DNA of 35,850 nt. Origin: a virus. Lineage: Duplodnaviria > Caudoviricetes. The notes beneath the pieces are model-generated. The model was not told the DNA's origin, searched no databases, and was given only the letters and a program-made list of their open reading frames with translations. Each line of letters starts with the position of its first letter. The first letter of the stretch is position 1. The stretch covers positions 1 to 35,850 of IMG/VR virus record IMGVR_UViG_3300033076_001164; one strand, written 5' to 3'. Positions 1-7,951 of the stretch are shown here, in pieces. The position numbers and the translations under genes are program-made.

Positions 1-190
1 GCGTGCCCGTTGACTAGCTGCCCGCCGCCGGTGGCCGCCGGTGGCCATGCCTGGACGTCGTCGGCCGGCGGCGCTCAGCTGAGCGCGTGCGCTGCCCGTG
101 CCCGCTGTCCTATCCCCTAGGCAAAGGGGTTTTAAATTATTCAAATGAGAGCTTGACGTGCCCGTGCCCGTGGGCTTGTGTGTGTGTCCT

Positions 191-295
191 ATGAAAACCC
201 TTCTTTTTTGGATCTCGGCTGCGGCCGCCGCAGTCGCGGGCAATGTCTTCCTGGTCAAATGCGGCCCGGCCGTCTTTCGTTTTCTGAATAACTAA
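191..295 (+). CDS. Small hydrophobic protein (34 aa, MKTLLFWISAAAAAVAGNVFLVKCGPAVFRFLNN)
   Basis: Hand-translated ATG191-TAA295; lies after a TTGACG at 153 with an AT-rich upstream tract and directly precedes the 313 ORF. Confidence 0.45.
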   Translation: MKTLLFWISAAAAAVAGNVFLVKCGPAVFRFLNN

Positions 296-312
296 ATCCA
301 TTCCCCTAACAC

Positions 313-1209
313 ATGAAAACCAAAAACATCCCCTCAGTCAGTCACCCCTGCCCGCCTACGTCGGCCGGTGCTCATCCCGTGGACCTGTTCACGGCCGGCC
401 GCCCCGTCGGCGGCGCTTTCGCCGGCGTGCCCGTGCACGCGGCGGCCCGTGCACCGTTTAAGTTGCCTGGTTCCCTTCTCTCCGTTGCGGCCGATGCTAA
501 GACGATCAAGGGCGCCGCGGCCGGCGTCCTTACGGGTATTCTTTACCTGGCCCCGGGCACGCTCGCCGGCGTGGGCAACCTCTGCCCGCACGCGTCTAAG
601 GGTTGCGCCGCAGCTTGCCTCTTCACGGCCGGCCGCGCGGGTATGTTCGAGACCATCAACACGGCCCGCGTCATGCGGACCCGTTTCCTACACGCGGACC
701 GGGCTGCTTTCCTGGACGTCCTACGGGGCGAGATTCGCGGATTGATTCGCCGGGCTGCCCGTGAAGGGATGCGGCCCGCCGTGCGCCTCAACGGTACGTC
801 GGACCTTCCGTGGGAAAGCTTGGCGCCGGAGATCTTCGAAGAGTTCCACGGGGTGCAGTTTTATGACTACACAAAAAGCACGCGGCGGGCGCTTGCGTTT
901 GCCCGCGGAGAGTTTCCGTCAAACTATCATTTGACGTTTTCACTTTCCGAAACAAACGCGGCGCAAGCTGCGACTGCTGCGGCCGCCGGCGTTAATGTCG
1001 CGGCCGTCGTCGACGGGCACCGGAAGGGCGAACCCTTGGCAATCGCCGGCGAATCTTTCCGGACGTTTGACGCGGACCGGCACGACGTGCGCTTTTTGGA
1101 CCGTGCGTCACCTGGCGGCCGGGGCCGTATCGGCGTGTTAAAGGCCAAGGGGAAAGCAAAGGCGGACCGATCCGGTTTTGTCGTCCGCTTGGAAGGGGGC
1201 CGCAAGTGA
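313..1209 (+). CDS. GP88/DUF7227-type phage protein with Cys cluster
   Basis: Motifs CPHASKGCAAACL, AVRLNGTSDLPWE, QFYDYTK, NYHLTFS, DRHDVRFLD, LKAKGKAKAD..GFV typical of this widespread phage family. Confidence 0.75.
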   Translation: MKTKNIPSVSHPCPPTSAGAHPVDLFTAGRPVGGAFAGVPVHAAARAPFKLPGSLLSVAADAKTIKGAAAGVLTGILYLAPGTLAGVGNLCPHASKGCAAACLFTAGRAGMFETINTARVMRTRFLHADRAAFLDVLRGEIRGLIRRAAREGMRPAVRLNGTSDLPWESLAPEIFEEFHGVQFYDYTKSTRRALAFARGEFPSNYHLTFSLSETNAAQAATAAAAGVNVAAVVDGHRKGEPLAIAGESFRTFDADRHDVRFLDRASPGGRGRIGVLKAKGKAKADRSGFVVRLEGGRK

Positions 1210-1535
1210 GCGCCGCGCCTAGTGAGGTTCAGGCGCTTGCCCGCGTCATAAACCGGGCAGGCCTCATTTGCATAAATCCGCCGGCCGGTTTTCTGGACCG
1301 TTGCCTGCCCGCCTTGCTGCGCCTGACTAAAACCTTGCGCCCGCTCATGATTCGGCCGACGTGCCCGCGCCGCCGCGGCGCCGCTTACCTTGCCTTAAAT
1401 AATGCGGCCGTGCGCGTCGATTGGTACGCGTCGACGGCCGGCGGCCTGGAACCGGATCAAGCGCTTGAGCTGCGAACCGTCGCGGCGGATTTGTTGGACG
1501 TCGCGGAAAAGTTTACACCCGTTTGCAATGGATAA
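1206..1535 (+). CDS. Hypothetical protein
   Basis: GTGA start/stop overlap with the upstream gene. Confidence 0.6.
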   Translation: MSAAPSEVQALARVINRAGLICINPPAGFLDRCLPALLRLTKTLRPLMIRPTCPRRRGAAYLALNNAAVRVDWYASTAGGLEPDQALELRTVAADLLDVAEKFTPVCNG

Positions 1536-1854
1536 CCCTCTTTCTCTTGTCCTAGTGAGCGCCGCCGGCGACGGCCGGCCGGAGGTTAAGCTTGAGGGAA
1601 CGGCCGGAGAGCTTGCCCCCCTAGTGGCCGCGTATCTGAGGACCTGCCCGGCCGGCGCTTGCTTGCAATGGCCCGTCGGCGCCGCGTGGTCTGAGCTTTA
1701 TTTGCACCCCGGGCAAACCCTTGCGGAAAACTTGACTCAAGCCTGGGAAGAGTTGGAGGGGATTGGCTGCCCGCCGGCGTGCCTTTCCGAAGACGAGGAG
1801 GCAATGGCCCGTGCCATTGTTCCGGCGCTTCTTTCCGCGGCCGTCGATCTGTAA
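1528..1854 (+). CDS. Hypothetical acidic protein (MDNPLSLV...)
   Basis: ATG1528 overlaps the upstream gene's end; protein-like composition. Confidence 0.65.
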   Translation: MDNPLSLVLVSAAGDGRPEVKLEGTAGELAPLVAAYLRTCPAGACLQWPVGAAWSELYLHPGQTLAENLTQAWEELEGIGCPPACLSEDEEAMARAIVPALLSAAVDL

Positions 1855-2290
1855 CCCTTGCCCGCCTGCCTGGTCAATACGGGGCCGCCGCGTGCGGCCC
1901 CTTCCTTTGCCCGCCTTGCCCGTTTGACGGCCGCCGGGCCGGAACCCCCTTGCCTAGTGGGCCGGCCGCCGCCGGTGCCCGCTTGCCTGGACGGGCCAAG
2001 CTGCCCGCCTAGGCGCCTAGCTGTCCTTTGCCTAGGGGTTGACCGTGCCCGCGTGCCCGGTGCCCGCCTTGCCCGCGCTGGACCCCTTGCCCGCGCCGGC
2101 CCGCGGCCGTGCCTTGCCTATCCCCTTGCCCGGTGCCTGCCCGCATGCGTGCACGCGCCGCCGGCGTGCCTTGCCCGGGCCGGTCCCGTAAGGGGACCGC
2201 CTAGGGGTCTGCCGTGCCCGTTTGACGTGCCCGCGGCGACGGGTCCGCCTTGCCTAGTGGCCTACGGTCCGCCGGGGCGCCGCGGCCGGT
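1855..2290 (+). repeat. Adenine-poor low-complexity tract with 15 same-strand TGCCCG copies
   Basis: TGCCCG at about 1859, 1908, 1917, 1976, 2002, 2046, 2054, 2061, 2070, 2088, 2127, 2138, 2172, 2215, 2228; about 26 A in 1861-2280 (hand count). Confidence 0.85.
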
Positions 2291-2292
2291 CC

Positions 2293-2364
2293 CTGGACCT
2301 ACCCCCTCGATTCCGCCGAATCTGATTGCGGATTCACGATAGGGGGGGTAGGGTCCAGATTTTT
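2293..2364 (+). terminator. Long imperfect hairpin plus T-tract closing the left island (terminator-like)
   Basis: CTGGACCTACCCCCT...AGGGGGGGTAGGGTCCAG then ATTTTT; inner GAATCTG/CGGATTC stem. Confidence 0.5.
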
Positions 2365-2467
2365 GCGGGCGCGAGGGCTGCGGCCGGCGGAGAAAACCAG
2401 CCAATAAAAAAAAGTTTCGGGCCGAGGCGTTTTGGTTTCACGATTGATGGCCAATAGAGAAAAGTCG

Positions 2468-2625
2468 TGCGGAGGTTAAAATCCTTAATCTCCGCATGGA
2501 TTTACCGAGCGGGAACATTTGGAAACAAAAGGGGGCGAAAGTAGGCATAACTTCCCGAGCGGGAACTTTTTGGAAACATGACCGGCCATATGTGGCGCTT
2601 TAATAGTAAAATCCTTTATTAACGC
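2468..2625. promoter_or_regulatory. Operator/iteron-like cluster of direct and inverted repeats
   Basis: CCGAGCGGGAAC..TTTGGAAACA twice, 50 bp apart (2505, 2555; second is the palindrome TTCCCG-AG-CGGGAA); two inverted repeats both carrying TAAAATCCT (2468-2496, about 2600-2622). Confidence 0.6.
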
Positions 2626-2712
2626 GTCGTTATTGGCGTATTAATAGGGGCCAAAAATATAGACCCACTTTTGTTTTGGAGTTAGGATTTCCCCCCCTGG
2701 GGCATTTACGGT

Positions 2713-2741
2713 TTGACGTGTCGGAAGATTAGTCGGATACG
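2713..2741 (+). promoter_or_regulatory. Early sigma70-type promoter, probably leaderless
   Basis: TTGACG-17 bp-GATACG, 6 nt before ATG2748. Confidence 0.55.
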
Positions 2742-2747
2742 AAAGGA

Positions 2748-3215
2748 ATGAACCCAATAACTACGTTGGCTATGACCCTGGCGGCGATGACCCCGGGGGA
2801 TCGAACGAAGGCCGAGCTGGTCGTGCTGGTGAACTGCGTGGGCTCGGTGGAGTCCGGCATGGACTACGCTGCGGTCGGCGACGGCGGCAAGGCGGTGGGG
2901 GCTTGGCAGATGCACGTCGCGGCGTGGATCACGGCGAACCAATGGCGTGCCGGGCAAGGTATGCCGACGGTGAAGCGTTCTGGGTGGCAGGACAAGAACG
3001 CCCAGCGCATGATGGCGTTATCTTACCTGTCCTGGTGCAAGGAGCAGTTGGAGAAGGGCGGGGTGTCGAACCCGACGCCGGAGCAGATGTACGTCTGCTG
3101 GGGTTGGGGTATCGGGAACTTCCGTGAAGCTGGCTTCGACGTGTCGAAGGCGCCGGCTAAGAAACGCGACGCGGCCGAGCGCGTGGGTAATCTTTACCGT
3201 GAACTGACCAAATGA
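2748..3215 (+). CDS. Lysozyme-like / lytic transglycosylase (destabilase-like) protein
   Basis: Catalytic-type VES motif followed by AVGDGGKAVGAWQMH; hydrophobic N-terminus. Confidence 0.65.
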   Translation: MNPITTLAMTLAAMTPGDRTKAELVVLVNCVGSVESGMDYAAVGDGGKAVGAWQMHVAAWITANQWRAGQGMPTVKRSGWQDKNAQRMMALSYLSWCKEQLEKGGVSNPTPEQMYVCWGWGIGNFREAGFDVSKAPAKKRDAAERVGNLYRELTK

Positions 3216-3448
3216 AAGACGAAATCAACCGCCTCGGTTTCGGGGCATGGGCCGAGAACATCATCGTGAACTACCTTGAGGATTATTCGGACGTGCTGTC
3301 CAACAGCGTCAAGGGCAGCCATGTTGTGGACAAGGAGGATTACTCCTTGAACGCGTCGTGGGAGGACAATGTGCTCTGCATCTCGATCCGCGCCTGGGTG
3401 GCCGGCGAAGGATGGCAGGTGCTCGAACAGCACATTAAACTGAAATGA
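3212..3448 (+). CDS. Hypothetical protein
   Basis: ATGA-coupled at both ends. Confidence 0.75.
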   Translation: MKDEINRLGFGAWAENIIVNYLEDYSDVLSNSVKGSHVVDKEDYSLNASWEDNVLCISIRAWVAGEGWQVLEQHIKLK

Positions 3449-3891
3449 GCCGCTACATTAAAGTCGAGCCGGAGAAGTGGGCGGAGATGGTTGCGGCGTT
3501 GGCGTTGTTGCCGGAGCTGCAGGCGAAGATCGAGGAGCTGAACCAGCGTTGGCCGAACTACCACGTCGATGCGCTCATCAAGTCTCAGAAGGAGGTCGCC
3601 GACCTCAAGGCCGAGGTGGAGCGCCTCCGTTCTTCGTCCTTCGTGACCGCCGTGCCGTCCGAGGAATACGAGAAACTCAAGGCCGAGGTCGAGGAACTGA
3701 CCTTGCTTCAAGTTGAGACATTGAATGAACGCAATAAGGCCGAGGCCGAGGTCGAGCGGCTGACCAAGGCGGGGGATAACCTCGCAAGGGCTTCCGACGA
3801 AAATGGATGCCACGACAACGGAGATGCGGATGACTTGGACGAGGCCATCAAACGCTGGAACGCCGCCAAGGAGGGCAAGCCGAGCGTATGA
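3445..3891 (+). CDS. Coiled-coil protein with repeated KAEVERL-type heptads
   Basis: LKAEVERL, LKAEVEEL, AEAEVERL; ATGA coupling. Confidence 0.75.
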   Translation: MSRYIKVEPEKWAEMVAALALLPELQAKIEELNQRWPNYHVDALIKSQKEVADLKAEVERLRSSSFVTAVPSEEYEKLKAEVEELTLLQVETLNERNKAEAEVERLTKAGDNLARASDENGCHDNGDADDLDEAIKRWNAAKEGKPSV

Positions 3892-4088
3892 AGTCACGCC
3901 CAACAACGATCAAACTCAAACCCGGCGAGAAACTTGGGAAGCCAACCGCCAAGGATAAGCAGATGATGGATGCCATCACCCTCGTCTCGTGTGGGAACGA
4001 TATGCGTTTCAATCTTAAGCATTACAAACTTTTGGTCGACCATACGGGATGGGCATGCCTTACCCGCAAACAGCGCAAAACAAAATGA
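3888..4088 (+). CDS. Hypothetical basic protein
   Basis: ATGA-coupled at both ends. Confidence 0.65.
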   Translation: MKSRPTTIKLKPGEKLGKPTAKDKQMMDAITLVSCGNDMRFNLKHYKLLVDHTGWACLTRKQRKTK

Positions 4089-4303
4089 GTAATGAACGCC
4101 GAAACCAGAAACGCCGCAAGCGTCACGTCATCTTCGACGAAAAGACGGGCTTGGGTCTTTCCTACACACGGAAGAAGGATGGTACCATCGTCTATGAGTG
4201 CTCGGTCGATTGGCCTGCCGACGCGCTCGCACAACTGCTAAGGTATCCAGAGCTTTATTATCAGATTGTGAACCGCATGAACCCCAAGCCGCCTTGCGTA
4301 TGA
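4085..4303 (+). CDS. Hypothetical protein (MSNERRNQK...)
   Basis: ATG4085 overlaps upstream TGA. Confidence 0.65.
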   Translation: MSNERRNQKRRKRHVIFDEKTGLGLSYTRKKDGTIVYECSVDWPADALAQLLRYPELYYQIVNRMNPKPPCV

Positions 4304-4641
4304 ACCGAGGACACAACACGATCGGCTACGGCCGCAGCATGGAAGCCGTGCTCGAAGGCCACAAGCTCGGCCTGGACGCCATCCAGATCGCCGCCAAGTA
4401 CGGCATCTCCTACGCCGCGGTCCGCGGGGCCGGCTACCGCCTAGGGCTGACCCTTAAGCGCCGCAACGACCGTGCGGCCTACGGAAGCGTCAAGGAGACG
4501 GTGCTCCGCGAGGCCGAGTCCGGATTGACCGTCGCCGAGCTGTCCCGCAAGCACGGGTTCCCGAGGTCGTCGGTTTCGACGGCTGCGCGGGCGATGGGCA
4601 TCGTGCTCCCCAACGGCGTGAAGGGACGCCCACGCAAATGA
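4300..4641 (+). CDS. Tandem helix-turn-helix DNA-binding protein
   Basis: Two HTH-like units GLDAIQIAAKYGISYAAVR and GLTVAELSRKHGFPRSSVS; C-terminal GRPRK; ATGA start at 4300. Confidence 0.7.
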   Translation: MNRGHNTIGYGRSMEAVLEGHKLGLDAIQIAAKYGISYAAVRGAGYRLGLTLKRRNDRAAYGSVKETVLREAESGLTVAELSRKHGFPRSSVSTAARAMGIVLPNGVKGRPRK

Positions 4642-4967
4642 TGCCCGTCGAACTGGTGTTCCAGAACCAAGACCTCGTACTGTTCTGGCCAATCCAAGTT
4701 GACCGCGTTTTCCTTTGCCACGACGACACGGAGACTATGACGTTTCCTGCGGACGTCGAGGCCACGGAGTTCAAGGGGTATGTCTTGGACAAGAACGTGG
4801 CGAAGGCCGTCGAGCAGGGTGCCGGGGCGACGTTCCATTGGGACGAGAGGTATTACCTGGTGGACGACGTGAAGGCCGACAAGACCCGCAAGACCATCGC
4901 CGCGCACAACGCCAACATCGACATCGTGCCCGTGATCGTGAAGGCCCGCTGCTTTTTTCCAGAATGA
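4638..4967 (+). CDS. Hypothetical protein
   Basis: ATGA-coupled; phage-like codon usage. Confidence 0.7.
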   Translation: MMPVELVFQNQDLVLFWPIQVDRVFLCHDDTETMTFPADVEATEFKGYVLDKNVAKAVEQGAGATFHWDERYYLVDDVKADKTRKTIAAHNANIDIVPVIVKARCFFPE

Positions 4968-5194
4968 ACAAGCGATTCTATTTCAAGGACATCATCGGTT
5001 GCGACGGGTACGTCTCGGACGTCAAGTTGTGGGACCGTAAGAAGGACCGCCATGTCATCTACCTGCATGGGGACGTGATGAACTTCCTCAACCGCATCGA
5101 GGAACTTGAGGTCGAGAACGCGGCCTTGAAGCGTGCCTTCGACATCGAGCAACGGGCTGGCATCGAACTTGCCCGGAAACTTCTGAACAAATGA
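4964..5194 (+). CDS. Hypothetical protein with C-terminal coiled coil (MNKRFYFK...)
   Basis: ATGA-coupled at both ends. Confidence 0.7.
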   Translation: MNKRFYFKDIIGCDGYVSDVKLWDRKKDRHVIYLHGDVMNFLNRIEELEVENAALKRAFDIEQRAGIELARKLLNK

Positions 5195-5616
5195 AACCCT
5201 ACCTTTGCATCGACCCTGGCGCCTCGGGCGGCTGGGTGTATAAGACCCCCGGAGTGACGCCCATCTCTGGCAACATTGACACCGTCGGGGAGGTGATGCT
5301 CCCCGCCGACGCGGTCGTGGTCATCGAGCACGTGCCGCCTTTCGTCGGGCGGTTCATCCCCTCGTCCGCGGCGTTCAAGCTGGGGTACTCCTTCGGCTGG
5401 CTGGTGGGGTACTTCCGACCCTATAAGGTGGTGCTGGTGCGTCCGCAGGAGTGGCAAAAGACCCTGGCCTTGGGGACGACGTCGAAGCAGGCCGGCAAGG
5501 ACTGGAAGCGGAAGTTGAAGGCCGAAGCCGAGCGGCGCTACCCCTCCAACAAGATCACCTTGAAGACGGCCGACGCTTTTTGCTTGCTGGCCCACGCCGA
5601 GCAGCACAACCTCTGA
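5191..5616 (+). CDS. RuvC-like Holliday junction resolvase
   Basis: LCIDPGASGG, VVIEHV, VRPQEWQK, TADA motifs of phage RuvC/RNase H fold. Confidence 0.8.
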   Translation: MKPYLCIDPGASGGWVYKTPGVTPISGNIDTVGEVMLPADAVVVIEHVPPFVGRFIPSSAAFKLGYSFGWLVGYFRPYKVVLVRPQEWQKTLALGTTSKQAGKDWKRKLKAEAERRYPSNKITLKTADAFCLLAHAEQHNL

Positions 5617-5625
5617 CCCGCCACC

Positions 5626-5823
5626 ATGAGTACCAAATCCACCATCGAGGACAACGACTACGTCCTCCTGCCGGACGGCACCGTCGCCCGCAAGCTCAAG
5701 CCCACCTTCACCAAGGAGAAGAAGTTCTGGTTCCTGTCCATCGGCGGCAAGGTCGTGCGCTTCTCCGAGGACGACGTCAAGAACGTCGCCAAGCCCGTTT
5801 CCCCCAACAATGAGCAACGATAA
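5626..5823 (+). CDS. Hypothetical protein
   Basis: CCACCATG start, typical codon usage. Confidence 0.7.
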   Translation: MSTKSTIEDNDYVLLPDGTVARKLKPTFTKEKKFWFLSIGGKVVRFSEDDVKNVAKPVSPNNEQR

Positions 5824-6592
5824 CGAACAGCCCGCCGCCCTGCCGGCGACCATCAACGCGGACCCCGTGGCCGGCCTTGCCGTGTACGACCGCATATCCG
5901 ACCCCATGACCGCCATCAAGGTGCTCGGGGCGTCGATATTCAAGTCCGGCATCTTCGGCATCACGAAGCCCGAGCAGGGAGAGGTGCTGGCCATGCAGTG
6001 CCTCGCGGAGCGCAAGAGCCCCCTGGAACTCGCACGTACCTACCACTTCATCAACGGGCAACTGGCCATCAAGTCCGATGCCCTGCTGGCCAAGTTCCAG
6101 CAGGCCGGCGGCCGCGTGGATTGGATTACCCGCACGGACAAGCTCGTCGAGGCCGACTTCATCATGCACGGTTCCAAGACCCGCATTGTCGCCTCCATCG
6201 AGGAGTACATGGCCAACGGGACTGCCCTGGCCAACGACGGCAAGGTCAAGGACAACTGGAAGAAATGGCCCCGCCGTATGCTGACCGCCCGCGCCATCGG
6301 CGAAGGGGTGCGTCTGATGGCCCCAGAGGCCGCCTTCGGCACCTATACGGTCGAGGAGATGGATACGGTCGCAAAAGCGTCTCCTGCCCCCCTTGCCGTG
6401 GCCGGAATCGAGGACTGGGTGCCCGAGCATCACCGCGACGCGGCGGTCCGGGTGCTCCGTAAGGTTGGCCACTTGACGGAAGCCCAAGGTTGGGCAGACA
6501 TCCCCGAGTCCCTGTCGGCCACCCTGTCGAAGCAATCCCGACGCGACGCCTTCTTGGCCGCCGTCCGCAACGAGTACGAACAAACCGTCTAA
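5810..6592 (+). CDS. RecT/Redbeta-like single-strand annealing protein
   Basis: YHFINGQ, NWKKWPRRMLTARAI..GVR.MAPEA..G.YTVEEM; neighbours an exonuclease and SSB-like gene. Confidence 0.75.
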   Translation: MSNDNEQPAALPATINADPVAGLAVYDRISDPMTAIKVLGASIFKSGIFGITKPEQGEVLAMQCLAERKSPLELARTYHFINGQLAIKSDALLAKFQQAGGRVDWITRTDKLVEADFIMHGSKTRIVASIEEYMANGTALANDGKVKDNWKKWPRRMLTARAIGEGVRLMAPEAAFGTYTVEEMDTVAKASPAPLAVAGIEDWVPEHHRDAAVRVLRKVGHLTEAQGWADIPESLSATLSKQSRRDAFLAAVRNEYEQTV

Positions 6593-6600
6593 ACTTTACT

Positions 6601-6703
6601 GGGGGTAAAATCCTAAAGAAACGAAGGAGCCGATACCTAATCGGTGCAGAAAGGTGAGTACTCGCCAATCTGTAAGTGGGTGCAAGTCTCACAACCCCCG
6701 CCA
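6601..6703 (+). ncRNA. tRNA-like RNA 1 (encoded CCA, G discriminator, aberrant D/anticodon loops, long bulged variable arm)
   Basis: GGGGGT(6601-06)/ACCCCC(6694-99), G6700, CCA 6701-03; T-arm GTGGG-TGCAAGT-CTCAC; stems TCCT/AGGA, GCCGAT-ACCTA-ATCGGT, GCAGA-AA-GGTGA-GTAC-TCGCC-AA-TCTGT. Confidence 0.7.
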
Positions 6704-6716
6704 ATCTCCCATCAAC

Positions 6717-6947
6717 ATGAACGCCACCAACGATCCAGACGCCCCGTTCCAGCCCTTGCCGGTTGGACAGTCATCCCTGCCCATCTCGCAAATCATCCAG
6801 GAGTTGGCCGAACAGCGGCTCAACCTGCAGATGGACCTCACGCTGCTCAAGGAGCAGTACGAACTCCAGGCGAAGGAACTTGAGCACTTCAAGTCCTTGG
6901 CCACTCCCGAGCAGCGTCAACTTTACCGCATCCTCAAGAACAACTGA
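6717..6947 (+). CDS. Hypothetical coiled-coil protein (MNATNDPD...)
   Basis: ATG6717 just after the tRNA-like element; Gln/Leu/Glu heptads. Confidence 0.7.
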   Translation: MNATNDPDAPFQPLPVGQSSLPISQIIQELAEQRLNLQMDLTLLKEQYELQAKELEHFKSLATPEQRQLYRILKNN

Positions 6948-6952
6948 CCCTT

Positions 6953-7120
6953 ATGACGATCACCATCGATCCCGAAACCGCGAACCGCATCCTGCTGTTC
7001 CTCCTCATCTGCGCCGGCATGATTACGCTTCTGCTGCTTTGCTTGCTCAAGGTCGTGCATGAATCCGCCATCCGCGAGGACGCCGCCGAAGCCGCCCGCC
7101 TCCGCGAACTCAACGACTAA
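6953..7120 (+). CDS. Small single-pass membrane protein (55 aa)
   Basis: Hand-translated MTITIDPETANRILLFLLICAGMITLLLLCLLKVVHESAIREDAAEAARLRELND; directly upstream of the SPFH gene. Confidence 0.7.
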   Translation: MTITIDPETANRILLFLLICAGMITLLLLCLLKVVHESAIREDAAEAARLRELND

Positions 7121-7132
7121 TCTAACACCATC

Positions 7133-7945
7133 ATGTCCTACGATTCCGAACACGCGGCAGACAAACAGTTTGCCAAGATTGCCATCATCCTCGGCCTCCT
7201 TGCAGCCGCCCTCATCGCCGTCCTCACCTGCTTCACGATCGTCGGGGTCGGCGAGCGTGGGGTGTACGTCTCGATGGGGTCTATGTCCAACGACCTCCTC
7301 GGCGAGGGTTTCCACCTCAAAGCACCGTGGGCGAACGTCCACAAGGTCGTGGTCAAGCAAACCACCGTCTCTGGCAAGACGGAGTGCTTCTCCAAGGACC
7401 TCCAGACGGTCAAGGTCACCTATTCCTGCATGTACGCCCTTCCGCAGGACAAGGTGCTGACGCTGTTCCAGAAGTACTCGGGCGACCCGTTCGACTCGCT
7501 GGTGAAGCCGCGCATCGAGGAGGCCGTCAAGTTGGCCGCTTCCACGCTGACCGCCGAGGCCATCGTGAAGCAACGCGAGCAGGTCAAGGCGGCGGCTCTC
7601 TCTGAGATCAAGAAGCAGTTGGAAGGCCTGGTCATCGTGAACGACCTGCCCATCACGAACATCGACCTAACCGACATGCTTGAGAAGGCCATCGAAGGAA
7701 AGCAGGTGGCCGAGCAGAAGGCGTTGGCCAAGGAGTACGAACTCAAGTCGGCCGAGAAGGACGCCGAAATCTCCATCGCCAAGGCGAAGGGCGAAGCCGA
7801 GGCCATCCGCATCACGGGTGAAGCCCTCGCCAAGTCCCCGACGGTGACCCTCATGGAAGCCGTGAAGAAGTGGGATGGTCACGCCCCGCAATCGCTGGTC
7901 CTGCCAAACGGTTCCGTCACCCCAACCATCGACATCAAGAAGTAA
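7133..7945 (+). CDS. SPFH/band 7/prohibitin-domain membrane protein
   Basis: N-terminal TM, TIVGVGERGV, EGFHLKAPW, SKDLQTV, KAIEGKQVAEQ, AKGEAEAI, KKWDG. Confidence 0.92.
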   Translation: MSYDSEHAADKQFAKIAIILGLLAAALIAVLTCFTIVGVGERGVYVSMGSMSNDLLGEGFHLKAPWANVHKVVVKQTTVSGKTECFSKDLQTVKVTYSCMYALPQDKVLTLFQKYSGDPFDSLVKPRIEEAVKLAASTLTAEAIVKQREQVKAAALSEIKKQLEGLVIVNDLPITNIDLTDMLEKAIEGKQVAEQKALAKEYELKSAEKDAEISIAKAKGEAEAIRITGEALAKSPTVTLMEAVKKWDGHAPQSLVLPNGSVTPTIDIKK

Positions 7946-7951
7946 TCTCCC

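Noticed and set aside
1-2290. TGCCCG/CCTTGCCC as FtsK KOPS sites
   Set aside because: The reverse complement resembles GGGNAGGG, but I noticed only one exact match (346-353); the dominant word is different
1858-2325. 155-aa Pro/Ala/Arg/Cys-rich ORF
   Set aside because: TTG start, low complexity; an open frame is expected in A-starved repeat DNA
1855-2600. Possible CRISPR or mini-array
   Set aside because: Repeats are 6-13 bp with irregular spacing; the 2505/2555 repeat has only two copies; no cas genes
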